A DNA stretch of 64,000 nucleotides from Gordius albopunctatus. Taxonomy: Eukaryota. Numbering within the stretch: the stretch's first letter is position 1; the number at the start of each line of letters is the position of its first letter. The stretch is taken from NCBI GenBank assembly GCA_964276515.1, contig OZ193909.1, positions 14,136,001 to 14,200,000 of the forward strand, written 5' to 3'. A program made the position numbers and the translations under genes. Below the pieces are notes generated by a model, which saw only the letters and a program-made list of their open reading frames with translations, was not told where the DNA came from and did no database searches. Of the stretch, positions 37,921 through 49,561 are shown in pieces.

Positions 37921-40243
37921 CTAAAATCTTTTAAAAATAAACAAAAGCATCTTTATAAAAGGCATGATTAGATGGAAGGTGGGATTGAGAAGAAATATAG
38001 AAGCGTGATTTCCCACATTACATGCTCGGCTATTGCAGCATGATGTACAAGTTTTGTATGTTATTCCGAAACCATTAAAAACGCATCCAAACTGGCAATC
38101 CCCTTCGCAAGATCGTGATATTTTAGATACAACTCTGTTACTATCCATCCGTTGTACCTACATATTAATAAATCTTTTACGAATGTCAGCATACAAAAGA
38201 ATGGATTTGGTTCTGTAACTTTAACATGTCGACAATGGCTTACATATATTAAGTCATAAGGCAAAAATATCTGAGTTAAGTTATATTAGAGTCTCCCAGA
38301 GAAAATTTACTCCAGCCCTAATACAACCCAACCTTTAATAAAAAATTCTAACCAAACTCCCCGTTTAGAAAAGAACCAATTATTATTAAATTTTAGATCG
38401 CAATATAATAAGCGGGAAAGCATTCAAAAATTAATATAAGCAATCTTTATTTTTTAAGTAATTTATTATCAACAAAGTTAAACATGACAGAATTCTGCTA
38501 AAATCATTTTTTTGTTTAGGACTAGACTATAATTTTTATAGTTTTTTATTCGCGCAACCTAAAATTTAGTCGGTTTTTGGGTCTATCCGTGACGGATTCT
38601 TAGTTTGCTATCCCTATTCTTACTTTATTTAATTTTAAATTTAATTTAAAATTTTCCAATAATCTTTGGCATGATCAGTATTATGCTAAACTTAAGGAGG
38701 CTATTACAATTTTATCGTCGCGCCAACTAATTTTTTTAGTTATAATTAGTATAAAATTCATGCAGTAAAACTTTCAAACATTATTGGTAAAAATCAGGAA
38801 AAATTGAAAAATTTGAATTACAATTGTGCTAACTCTAAATAAGTAATTACACAGGTATATTTGTTAGTCTAACCCACAATTGGACAAATGATTGAAATAT
38901 TTACGTTACACAATAAAGTGTTCTGTTTTTTTCCAAAACATCCAAAAATTTCTCTTGTCTGGGAGAAAGAAGTATATATTGGTATTTCAGCGGTCTTTAC
39001 CATCTTTCACTCACTGCAGCTCCCATCTCAATTGCTTGGCTAGTGTTGTAAAAACGGCTGGTTTTTGTTTGGTTGACCTTTTGTTTTTGGTCTTTTTTCC
39101 TTAGTCGCATAAATAGACCAAAGGTTTGACCAAAAAAGCTTTGGTCTATTTATTTTTAGTCGACTAAAAAACGCAGCCTTTTTGCAGCACTATGCTTGAC
39201 TAGATGTGGGGCGGGAGTGAAAGAGGAGGAGGGAGGGAGGAGAGAATAGAATAAGTAAAGAGAGGGAGTGAAATGTTAGTAGACATTGCATAAGTACTAT
39301 ATACTCTAATGTATACTTCGTTTGGGAGAAATTTGGATCATGGGAAGGGGTTCAGGTTAGCACGGATAAATTAAAACATTAAAGTTAAGAAAAATAGAGT
39401 TTACCCTGTAGATTAATTAATGATTAATAGAATTATATAAATATATATGAGAATAAATTAGAAAAAGTGGAAATCGTACCTTTAAAAAATGTAAAAAATC
39501 CATTATTTGCATCTTTCACCTCATTTATCTTAAAATTAAAAGCTTTGGAAAAATTGAAATTGTCAACTAATTGTCAGACTAGGGGATAGCTTTTTTTGTA
39601 GACATGTGTTTTTATGCAAAATATATCTAGTATTAAAAAATATTTTTAATGTCCTTTAATATTCAATATATCTATAAAAGAGTTTGTAACTGAAAATTAA
39701 AAACACATACTATAATATGAAGGCATTTAAAATTATGCATTTAATGAGGTCCTAAAACTCAAGCCCTTCTGAAAGAATTGGGACGCCGTATAGCAGCTAA
39801 TACCCTTGACAATAGGAAAACTTTTTTCATCAAACAGAAAATCGGAATCATTATTTGTCATTTCAACGCTATCGCAATTTTCGAATGTTTACCTCGCATA
39901 TGATTTTTATAGTTGTTTATAGTTTCATTTAATAAAAAATTTTATGACGTAAAAAAAAATGAATATTACTCACCTGACAAAATATATCATTATCTCCGCA
40001 TTTGACCAAATCTTTATCGGTTAAATTAAAGAAACAAGGATCGTTTAAATCTTGATCCTTTTGGAATTGTGCTTGACAAACGTAACAAAACAAATGATTT
40101 GTTGCATTTTGTTTTAAAATCGATTTCGAATTATTTAAGCCAGTTTGTCTTTTTACAATGATATTCTCAATAGCGTTCAAACTACTTCCAATTTTCAAAA
40201 TATTTATGAATAGAATAAAATTAAAGATTTTATAAAGGTGCAT
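37921..40243 (-). CDS. Ly6/uPAR three-finger (quiver/sleepless-like) GPI-anchored protein, 2 exons
   Basis: Exons 40243-39974 and 38157-37921, phase 0. Signal peptide, LFCYVC..DPC..C....FCQ|V..RSC...C..GC..CTSCCNSRACN and a hydrophobic C-terminal tail. Confidence 0.85.
39041..39192. mobile_element. hAT-type MITE (TAGTG ends)
   Basis: TIRs tagtgttgtaaaaacggctg / cagcctttttgcagcacta; TSD tgcttggc / tgcttgac; internal palindrome aaatagaccaaag / ctttggtctattt. Confidence 0.8.
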
Positions 40244-41158
40244 ATTAACTATACTTTGACTTAGATAAGGTATTTGCAAATAAATTTGATTGTTTTGCAG
40301 ACCTTTTAGTAGAAAGTCATTTCCTTCAATACTAATAAAGTTAATGTTTACTTCCATTAATGTGAAAGTTTTAGTTTGATCGATACATTATGAAATTCGT
40401 TTGCCAAGTTTGTGCCTAAAAGCTATATTTCTTTAATTTTAATTAATTCCGACAATTAAAATGATATTTTAAGTGTAAATGTGGTAGACTATATTAAAGG
40501 CCAATGTTGATAAATGAAATCAAAACTTTTTTTATTGAATTAATTCTGAATAAATGTGAGACTTAGAAGAATATTGCTTGCAAAATAAACAACATCTACA
40601 TCCAGTATTTATAACTTTCGTAATCCTTATTTTTCCAGAGAGTAAAAAGTTTATTTTATATCTCATTTAACTATAATTTGAGAACTAAAAGTTTTTAATG
40701 GAGTTATGTGCCAGTTTATAAGACTTATTTAATTTATTCATCCGTTAGACCAAAGTTTTTTCGATGTGTAATTATTTTATTTTTTCGTTTTTAATTAATT
40801 AAATACTAGGTAGGTAGAGTTTAAATTCTTACTAAATTTTTATTCTAGCAAGTTTTTTAAACCAGAAAAAGTAATACAAAAATTGTTCATATAATCAGGA
40901 TCAAGAAAATGTTTTAGATATGTGATAATAAAAAGACGTTAAATATGAAATGAATTATCCTGAAATCGGGAATAAATTTTTTCAATTCAACATTGAGTCT
41001 TTAAATAAAGTTGGTCTTTAAAAAAATGCAAAAATGATAGTCAATATATTGATCCGAGCGGAGTTTTAATCTCATGTCAATAAAACCCTAATTCACTTAG
41101 TGTAAGAAATAATACCTTGCTAGATGTATTTTAATATAATCAATACTATAACCGTGTT

Positions 41159-41284
41159 CATGGACGTAACCAGGATTGGATCTAGAGGGGGGGGCAATAA
41201 TGATAATTTGTTGAAATTTTAGCCCTAATTATATTTAAGTTTAAAGGATTATAGGATTTAGGGGAGGGCAGCCTCTCCCTGGCA
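41159..41284 (-). mobile_element. hAT-type MITE (CATGGGCGTAGCC family), decayed
   Basis: catggacgtaaccaggatt..tagagggggggcaataatga is the reverse complement of the family right end. Confidence 0.55.
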
Positions 41285-42193
41285 ACCGTTTTAAAATAAC
41301 AACGAATGTTGAATATTGGTAAAACTAGCCACTGAATTCATTCCCATTCTAAGAGTTCGAAATAAATGCCTCTAATTTTTATATCAGTGCAAAAATAAAA
41401 TCATTAAAAAAATTGTGTCCTCAAATTTAAAACAGTCAGTGTTTGCAAAACATAGCTTGTGTTATTACAAAAAAATCTTTACAAAAATTGATCTTGTTTT
41501 GTATTACAATTATTACTCTAAAGTCTACTTTCTGTACTGGTGTTGATTAGACCTTGACTTTTTGAATTATGTAGTGGCCTTGATATATAGATTCTGCTCT
41601 ACTTCAAAACAAACTTGAAATGCATAAAATAGCCATGGTAACAACTTTATCAGTCTGAAAATACTTACAATTTAATATTATAACTTGTTTACATATTTGT
41701 TGCACCATGAAAAAATTTTAAACATAAAAACATGATAAACTAACTTCATTATATAAATGAACCTAAGATGAAAGATTTGCTAAAAACAGACACTTTCAAC
41801 AAAAAGTTGATTTCAATTAAACAAAAATTTAAGGGTATTATATAGATATTTAAGTTTATTAAAACATATGGAATGACAAAACACTTTATTTGTACAATAG
41901 AGGATTTTTTAAACCAAACAATTATTTCATAAAAAAGTGTTTAGGCTTAAAATATATATCACACAGGTAATATCCAATAAAATTGAAAAACATGCTTACA
42001 TTATAATTTTGTTAAATTAATTTATACTTTCTTCACTTTAATAATATGTATTAATAAAATCGAAAGCTATTGTGTTAAATGATACAAGAACGATAACCAA
42101 TAAATTTACAACTAGTTTAATTATATAAACAAATTTAATTGAGCATTCTTTATTCACAAATTATATGCTTTGGCAAAATATCTCTCGTTATAA

Positions 42194-43308
42194 TCAATTT
42201 CTGCCTTTGTGCTTCTCCATCCATTCTTCATAACCTCCAATATAATGTTTGGCTCTAAGAAAAAAAATCAATTTAATATTTTATAATAAAATGTTAATAT
42301 TTTTAGGAATCCCTTGGGCATCTCAACTTATTTATAAAGTTAAAATAATAATTACTGTTTAAGCCCAAGGGAATGTGCTATGTCCAAAGCTTGTTTGCTC
42401 CTTTTCCCTTTTAAACAATTGAAGATTATTTTAGTGCCCGTATTTTTCAATTTATCATTAATTCCAAATTTGTCTTTACATGCACTTTCAGTAAAATCTT
42501 TAAGAGCATCAGAAACTTCACCTACTATATTTAATCATGATTAATAATAGAATGAATAACTTATGACCTAACTCTTAATCTTATGTTATCTCCTTCAAGG
42601 AAAATTAAAATTTACTTTTTAAAACCATTCTTATGTGCTATTTCCAATGCAGCCACACTCTTTATATTTTTTAATCCATAAAAAATAATGTTTTGATTGG
42701 TAACTTTTGGCTTGACACATTGGTATTTAGAGAAAAATTCCTCATCAGACATATTTAGGGAAGTTTTCAAGTCACCTACTATATTTATTGTTAAAATATA
42801 AAATCAAGATTAATTAACAAAACCATAAAAAATTTATAAAGTTTAAATTAAAGTACTAATTTAAAGTATAAGTATATTTGTTAATAAATTTTTTTAAATT
42901 AGAATTCTTAAAAATTTACATATATCATTGTTTAATATTAGCACTATGAAATTTACATGGAATGTTGACAGCTCCATTAATTTTTCCAGTTTCTTTAATT
43001 TCATCTGGTTCTCTAACATCAATAAGTAAAACATCTTTATCTTGCAAGATTTTAACCAAATCATCATAAGTAACGTCTGTAGGTTTCAAAGAATCAGTAG
43101 TTGAGTTCTCATATGCGTTTTGCTTATGTTCGGTTGCATATGCTGCTTAAAATTTAATAAGTATGGCAAAAAGTATAAAACCTTTAGCAAAATTGAGTGA
43201 TGGTATAGATTTGCATATTAAAGCAGGTTGAAACTTTGTTATTGTTCTAGTTAAGCACAATGGTTTACTTAAGTACTTCAACACTTTTAGATAACGCGAA
43301 GAATTCAT
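42194..43308 (-). CDS. Single-domain rhodanese / thiosulfate sulfurtransferase (TSTD1/TSTD3/Hsp67B2-like) with N-terminal mitochondrial-type presequence and two alternative third exons
   Basis: Exons 43308-43182, 43145-42957 (LLIDVREPDEIKETGKINGAVNIP), alternative 42778-42616 or 42524-42356, and last exon 42254-42194 (AKHYIGGYEEWMEKHKGRN*). Confidence 0.9.
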
Positions 43309-43861
43309 TGCAATTTATAAAATTAAAAATTCTATATACAATATTTCAAATTGTAGCGATTGATCAAAATATGTTTTTTTAAATGCGCCCATAAAAAGGG
43401 TCATTAAATAAGCGATGCTTAATTGAAAAAAAATTTTATTTAAATGTATAGTCCTCACATATAAATTTATTATTCAATTTATAGGGCAAAAAATAAGGGC
43501 TGAAAAATTTAGGTGCTTACTGTATATCCAAGCTAACGATGAGGGCATATCCTCCGAAAAAAGCAGGATATGTCGGCTGCTCACTTAATCCTAAATTTCA
43601 ATAATCATCTCGCTATATAAATTATTACTGACCCTTTTTAATTTAAATACAGGCCACGCTTATGCTAAAGGATTAATGTAAATATGAAGCAATTTAAATT
43701 ATATTCTTGATGTTTAAATGTGGATTAATTTAGTTGCATATTTTTATATTAATTCCGATATGTGTGTGTAAATATTTTACAATATATTAAACATATTAAT
43801 AAACAATTAAGTTTAAAATGCTCTTGCTTAAAACATTGCTTTAATTAATTATTCACCTATG

Positions 43862-44005
43862 CATGTGCGTATCCAGGGGGTGCAGGGAGGGATGGCTGCC
43901 CCCTCTAAATCCAAATTTTTTCAAAATTCAATATAATTATGGCTAAAATCTTTTGAAAATTTTCATTTTGCTCTCCCTAATCGATTATTGCCCCCTTCTA
44001 AAATC
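43862..44005 (+). mobile_element. hAT-type MITE (CATGGGCGTAGCC family), partial
   Basis: catgtgcgtatccagggg..ctgccccctctaaatccaaa..attatggctaaaa. Confidence 0.6.
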
Positions 44006-45944
44006 AGAAGCATAAGTCCACAGCCATTAAAAACCCGTTTAAATTTTCATAACAATTATTAAAAATTAACAAGTGGACAGGACAGACAACCAAAAGTGAG
44101 CCCATATATTGCATAGAAATTAAAACATAAAAAATGCTAATCTAACTTCATTTAATCATAACACAATCTCTTAACCAAAACACGCTAAAAATGAATGGTC
44201 TCGATGCTTAAACATAAAAAGTTCTATAATTAAAATTAAAAGTTAATGCTTGGCTATTTTACACAAAGATTAGAACTATGTATTTTTTATGACGCACTAA
44301 ATAGCAAAACACCTGTATTAAACGGGCATCTTTTTAGGTGTAGGGAGGGAAGAATTAAAAAATTCATCTCACCCTTGGTAAAAATTCAAAAATTTGTTTT
44401 TTTTTATAAATAAATTCCACATGTCTACAAAATAAACCATCTTGCAATTGGAATTATAATTCTGATAGTGAATTTTGCGCTGAACAATAATCTGTTTTGA
44501 GTTTATTGTTAACTTCCTGTTTTTTAGATAAACGAGGTTGAAGATGCAAAAAATGCTTATTTTAACCCTCTTGAGGTTTTATAGACACGGCATTTTTAAT
44601 TTACCGAAAAAACTAATTTATTCCTGTAGATTAAAGTTTCATCTATAGGTCTATTATTATAATATTTTTATAGTATGTTTACTGGTTTAAGAATTTTTTA
44701 TATATTCATTGAGTATTGCCATATTTTTTTCGGATTACTGAGGAATTTTTCTCTCGCTTCGTCGGGTGATAATTAATGCGTTTTGATGCTAAGAACTTTA
44801 ATTTCAAGAATATGCTTCATTTTCCGTATTATGGTAAAAATAATTTTCCTCGGTCATTAAATATGTCGGAAAAACGTAGTATATTTGAGTACCTACTAAG
44901 TAAGCAATGTTTACTAATGCATGACTCTCTTCCTTCCTCTTCTCTCGTCCCTTTCTTCACCATTGCCGTCAGATATGGGGGCGGGAATGGAAGAGAAGTA
45001 GAAAGGAAGAGAGTGATGTGATAGTAAACATCGCTTATATAATATGTACTCTAGATGGAATTACAAAGTCAATATTTGTAGACCTGTGTTATTATTGTAA
45101 ATGAATTAAAAGTTTTCATAGCTCCTTTAAAGGCTAAAACACTTATAATATATTAAAAGTTTTTATATGCTATTTCTTTTTGAAATCAATTTCTGTCCAA
45201 AACCTGTTAACCCATCATTTTTTCAAAATTAACTTGTTCTGCCAAGGTAAAAAGATTGACTGAGCATTTTCCTCGCTATCTGGAGCATTTTATAAATTAA
45301 ATTAAAGGGGTATTTCTCTTCAATCAGAATACTTCATTCAGCTATACATCCTCACTAAGCAAATAATTGCAAATGTGGAACCTAAAGTTCAGTGAATGCG
45401 ACTAGTAGATAACATTGCAACTCAGATAAAACCTATTTGATACAGTGTTGACGAATGATTGTACCAAAATTTTTATTAGCGTACGTAAAAGCTGATTTAT
45501 CTGATTATTGATGCTGTAAATCCGAGGACAATCTCGATCTAGTCTCGTCTGGGAAATAAATTGAGCTGAGATAAGGACGAGAGTTTTGACCTCCACACGA
45601 GACGATACGAGATTTTATCAGCAAGACCTCAGCGTTAAAATTTTTATTGATCATCATAATCATGTGTGGCAACATACGTGCCAATTTTTTATGAGCCTGT
45701 GACTGGCACGGTGCGATGCCAACGTTGTATTTTTATATCTTTGGTTATTCAATTCAACTCTCTATTGTTATGTCTGAGCTCTTTATATTTCTATCATTTA
45801 TCTCTTTGTCTTTTATTGCTTATTTTGCCGCTTTATATACGATAGCGGATGATTCAAATATAAAAGCATCGTGGCGGTTTGGAAAACATCTGTAAATTAT
45901 TATTTGTACCGCAAATCTGAAGATATATCAAATTATCCCTTTTA

Positions 45945-46085
45945 TCTATATATATAAAGTAAAGTCTATGTATGTGTGTATGTATGTAAGGGCTAAATTC
46001 TGAAACTAACGGCCCAATTCGCGCGGAAATTTAACCGTAGATGCACAGGGCGGCCAGGGGTAAAATAGCTTTTAAGATTCCTAAT
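45945..46085 (+). mobile_element. Helitron-like 5' fragment (same family as 54643-55464)
   Basis: A|TCTATATATATAAAGTAAAGTCTATGTATG..gggctaaattctgaaact; truncated where a tagtgatgcggaaaa transposon end begins at ~46090. Confidence 0.7.
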
Positions 46086-46744
46086 AAATAGTGATGCGGA
46101 AAAACCGAGAAAAATCTCGGTTTCGTATTCTTTATTATAATATTTTTACCACGAATCACAATATTTATAAGAGATTCTTCCTCTAATATTCATTAATATC
46201 ATTAAGTACCGCGAATCGGAATATATTTTAAGTCCAAAATTATATCAATAAAATTAATTTTTTGTCTTTAATTTTAGAAGGGTAATATAATTTAGTAATT
46301 TTTTTAATGGTGATAGCGTCGCGTGCCAGCGATTTTTGTACTGGGACCCCGTCGATATATATTATACCCCCGTTAATCGCGTTTGAAGATAGTAATTATT
46401 TACTACCATAGTTATTCCTAGTTCGCGGATATGTTGATTTTTGCGCAATCTTTTATTAATGTAAAACCTCGCGCGATTCTAGGAGTATTTCTGAAATTCT
46501 TTTAATTTTCTTATAATTCCAACACGCACGATTGCACCTTTGTGCCCAAACTCCGAGGAGATATTGCCATTAAGTCTTTGCCCATAAATTTTGAAGTGTA
46601 AATAAAAGAATAAAAATTTGCACAAAAATATCTTATCCCGATTAGCTGTATCTATATATATGTTATAAATATGGACGTATTATTGTGACATAAGGAGATG
46701 ATTTTGTAAAGTTTTTCCTTTAAAACATTAAACGCCATCAATTT

Positions 46745-48291
46745 TCACGAGTAAAAAGTTAGGACGCTTTGCTGATTGCCCCTGAGCAAGAGGATGGGAG
46801 GTTTCAGATCGCTCGTGATCATTTCCAGCCGACATGTAAAGGGCTGAAGGGCACGAACTCTTGCGTGGAATAGGTAAAGTCATGAATATTATGTTGGCGT
46901 TGGACGAAAGCTGCATTAGCATTTCGTGTAAGCGAATGTGACGGAACGTTTTACTTTGGTTTGCAGCGTATTCTGTGTCCGTTATTAAACCTGGTTGGTA
47001 ATCGGAATTGTCCGTTGTGTTGACGCGGTACTTTTCCACGATATTTTCGAATTTGGTAATTGATGTGGGGTAGGGTGATTTGTGGATATCCGGCACCAAA
47101 ACTTGGTCAACATAGCTCCAAAATTTTGGTGCACTAAATCGAGTTGCTTTTTGTCTTTCGTGATGGCAAAAACGCGCATTTCGCAATTCCTGCCAATCTT
47201 CCTCTGCGACATGATGAAGGGTAACAAGATGGTCAAGCCTCCGTCATCGAAAACCACCAAACGTCTATCGTTCCATGCGTATTTTTGTGGCGAAACAGGT
47301 AAATGATAGCCCTTATTTCAAAACCCCGTAGGGCTAGGGTCGTTGCTTTAGGAGGGGAATTTTCGGGCGGCGAATTATCATGGTTTTCTTCCCCTTCGGC
47401 CTCGTGGATGGCCTCGATTTTTGAGACGATCCCTTTCGAGCTCGCGCGGGAATTTGATAGTTGTGGGTCTGGTTTAGCTCTCAACCCCTTTCTTATCATT
47501 AATGCGTCGGAGCGCCGACGCAAGAACAAAGCCATTTTACCCCGCTGCCCCGACACAGGTTGATTAATAGTGTTGTTTGCGCCCGGGCCGGCCACCTTAG
47601 GGGTGGATAAGTTTAGCATGCTGATCTTTTTGGGATTCAGGCCATCGGACCTGAGTGACGCCTTTGTGGTATTTGGCTGTTTTAACTTTTTCGCCAACAT
47701 CGAATTGACGGCCTCAGATCCTTCAAACTTAAGCCCGATTTAAAATGTTCGCAGACGCTAACTCTGGTTCGACATCATCTATCGTTTCAACGGCGGCAAA
47801 CGGCGGAGGGTTCAAATAATCTGAGCCCAGGCCGTACCCTACCAGCTGATCAGCTTGAGTGTGACGTCACCGACTAGGCATGAGGTCGTTTTTAAGCGAA
47901 GGCTTAGACACGTGGTGATCCTTTACCTTCGTAATAACTTGGTCTGTTTCTTGGTCAGATGGGATGAAATAATCGTTATCGATACCGTGAGCGAAGTCGA
48001 GGTAATTGAACTCGAAGATGACGAAGTTTCGGCAAAGAAAGTCGAAGCGGGCAAAGATTTGCGTCGGCTCCTCTTGGCCGGCTGATGTTCGTGGTGCGTG
48101 GATCGCTTAAAATATTCGACCGTCGATTTAAGCCTACTACGCTTGACCACGGGCCAGCCATGGGTCGAGGGTTTAGGCAGAGTTGAGGGTTTTCCTTGTT
48201 TGCTCCACGCCACGGTACTTTTTTTGTTATCGGGGCTTATAAGGGTTTCATTTTCGCTTCTTCTATTGCCTCCCCTGACCCCCATTGCCAT
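46745..48291 (-). pseudogene. SLC12 (NKCC/NCC-like cation-chloride cotransporter) C-terminal fragment, frameshifted
   Basis: GTIDVWW/FDDGGLTILLPFIM, AMLTKF, KTFRHIRLHEML..SSNANIIFMTLPIPRK and LEMIT..PPILLLRGNQQSVLTFYS* are spread over three frames; no transmembrane exons are visible nearby. Confidence 0.85.
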
Positions 48292-48334
48292 AAATTCCCT
48301 TTATCCACTATGGAATTATTAGAAATAAAGATAC

Positions 48335-48528
48335 TAATAAATATAAAGATTTATTAAGGGCCGGGGGATGGGACATACAGTATATATAAAACAAAGTTTT
48401 TAAGACAAAAGAAAATAAAAAGATTAAAACATCTGTTAATTACCAACTCGGATTTGGGTTACAATATTAAAATATATAATTATAGCAATTATATAATCTG
48501 TAGAAAATGATATACAAATATACGTATT
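48335..48528 (-). repeat. Dispersed repeat family R
   Basis: Reverse complement of 17274-17455. Confidence 0.6.
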
Positions 48529-48899
48529 AATTAATCTGCCCGCCCGAGCCCGCCCTAACCCTTATATGTGTCCACTCGGCAATGCCCGAATTATCAGAGC
48601 TGCCCGAACTGCCTGCCCGAGATGGTGTGTTTTAAAATTATTAGCACTAATATCGTTATATTTTTTAAAAATGTTATGTTAATTTTTTTAAATGAGAACT
48701 AAGATTCACAAACAAAATGGAATCAATTTAAAAAGTGGCAAAATCTACACAAAAACAATATAATACATTATTTTAAAACCAAAAATGAGCCAGAATCTTG
48801 TTATGGTGCCCGCCCGAAAGTTAAAATTTACGACAGTTGTCCGGCCGACCTGTGGGCCGGGCGGGTAGGGGCAGCGGGCCGGGCAAATCGGGTCTCTGA

Positions 48900-49235
48900 A
48901 CTATAATACTTTAGATATCCTGGGGCTTGTCTAATACGTCGTGAATATCTAGGTTCCTCCCTAGGTGCATCATCCCGGCTTTGGCTAAATGTTCTCGATA
49001 TCCATGGGCCTGTTTGATTTAGCTCCACCGTTTCCCTTTCGACTATCTGCTGGGAGCCTTCCTGCAAATTCCTAATGGGCCAGCCGTTCTCTTGACTCAG
49101 ACTGGTCAAATCAAGCTCCAAGTGTCTGTGGTGCTTTTCCCCTTGAGCCCGCACTATGTAGGAGCGAGTACCAAATTTGGCTGTTATAGATCCCTCTACC
49201 CATTTGCTGGGCCCCTCAACAGTTTGGTATATCAT
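48900..49235 (-). pseudogene. Ty3/gypsy pol C-terminal remnant between two diverged copies of a GCCCG-rich transposon end
   Basis: KWVEGSITAKFGTRSYIV..HRH and RYSRRIRQAPGYLKYY; flanks aatcttgttatg..gcccgc..ggtctctgaact at 48793-48902 and 49353-49458. Confidence 0.65.
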
Positions 49236-49561
49236 TTTATTATTTTTGAAATGCTGTTATTTAATTCTCACATATGTAAGATAAGAACGAAGTTTCATAA
49301 TTAATATATACAAAATAAATAGTATCAAAAAGATTTATTAAGCCACTACACCTAATCTTGTTATGATGCCCGCTTCGGTTTGCTGGAAAATCTAAATTCA
49401 CAACAGTTGCCGGCCTACTCTTAGACCAAGCGAACTGGGCTTTACTGGTCTCTGAACTTTATAAATAAGAATACACATTTTTTGGTATATCCCACCCCCG
49501 TGAGTAAATCCTAGCTATGCGCTTGATTTTTATATATGTTTAAGTCTAAAGATATAGACAC

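Noticed and set aside
43520..43575. Second hammerhead-like motif (ctaacga-t-gagg..cctc-cgaaa)
   Set aside because: The essential G of CUGA is replaced by A and helix III cannot form; at best a dead remnant.
46745..47300. Programmed frameshifting in SLC12
   Set aside because: Several indels plus a deletion of conserved residues and no N-terminal exons fit decay better.
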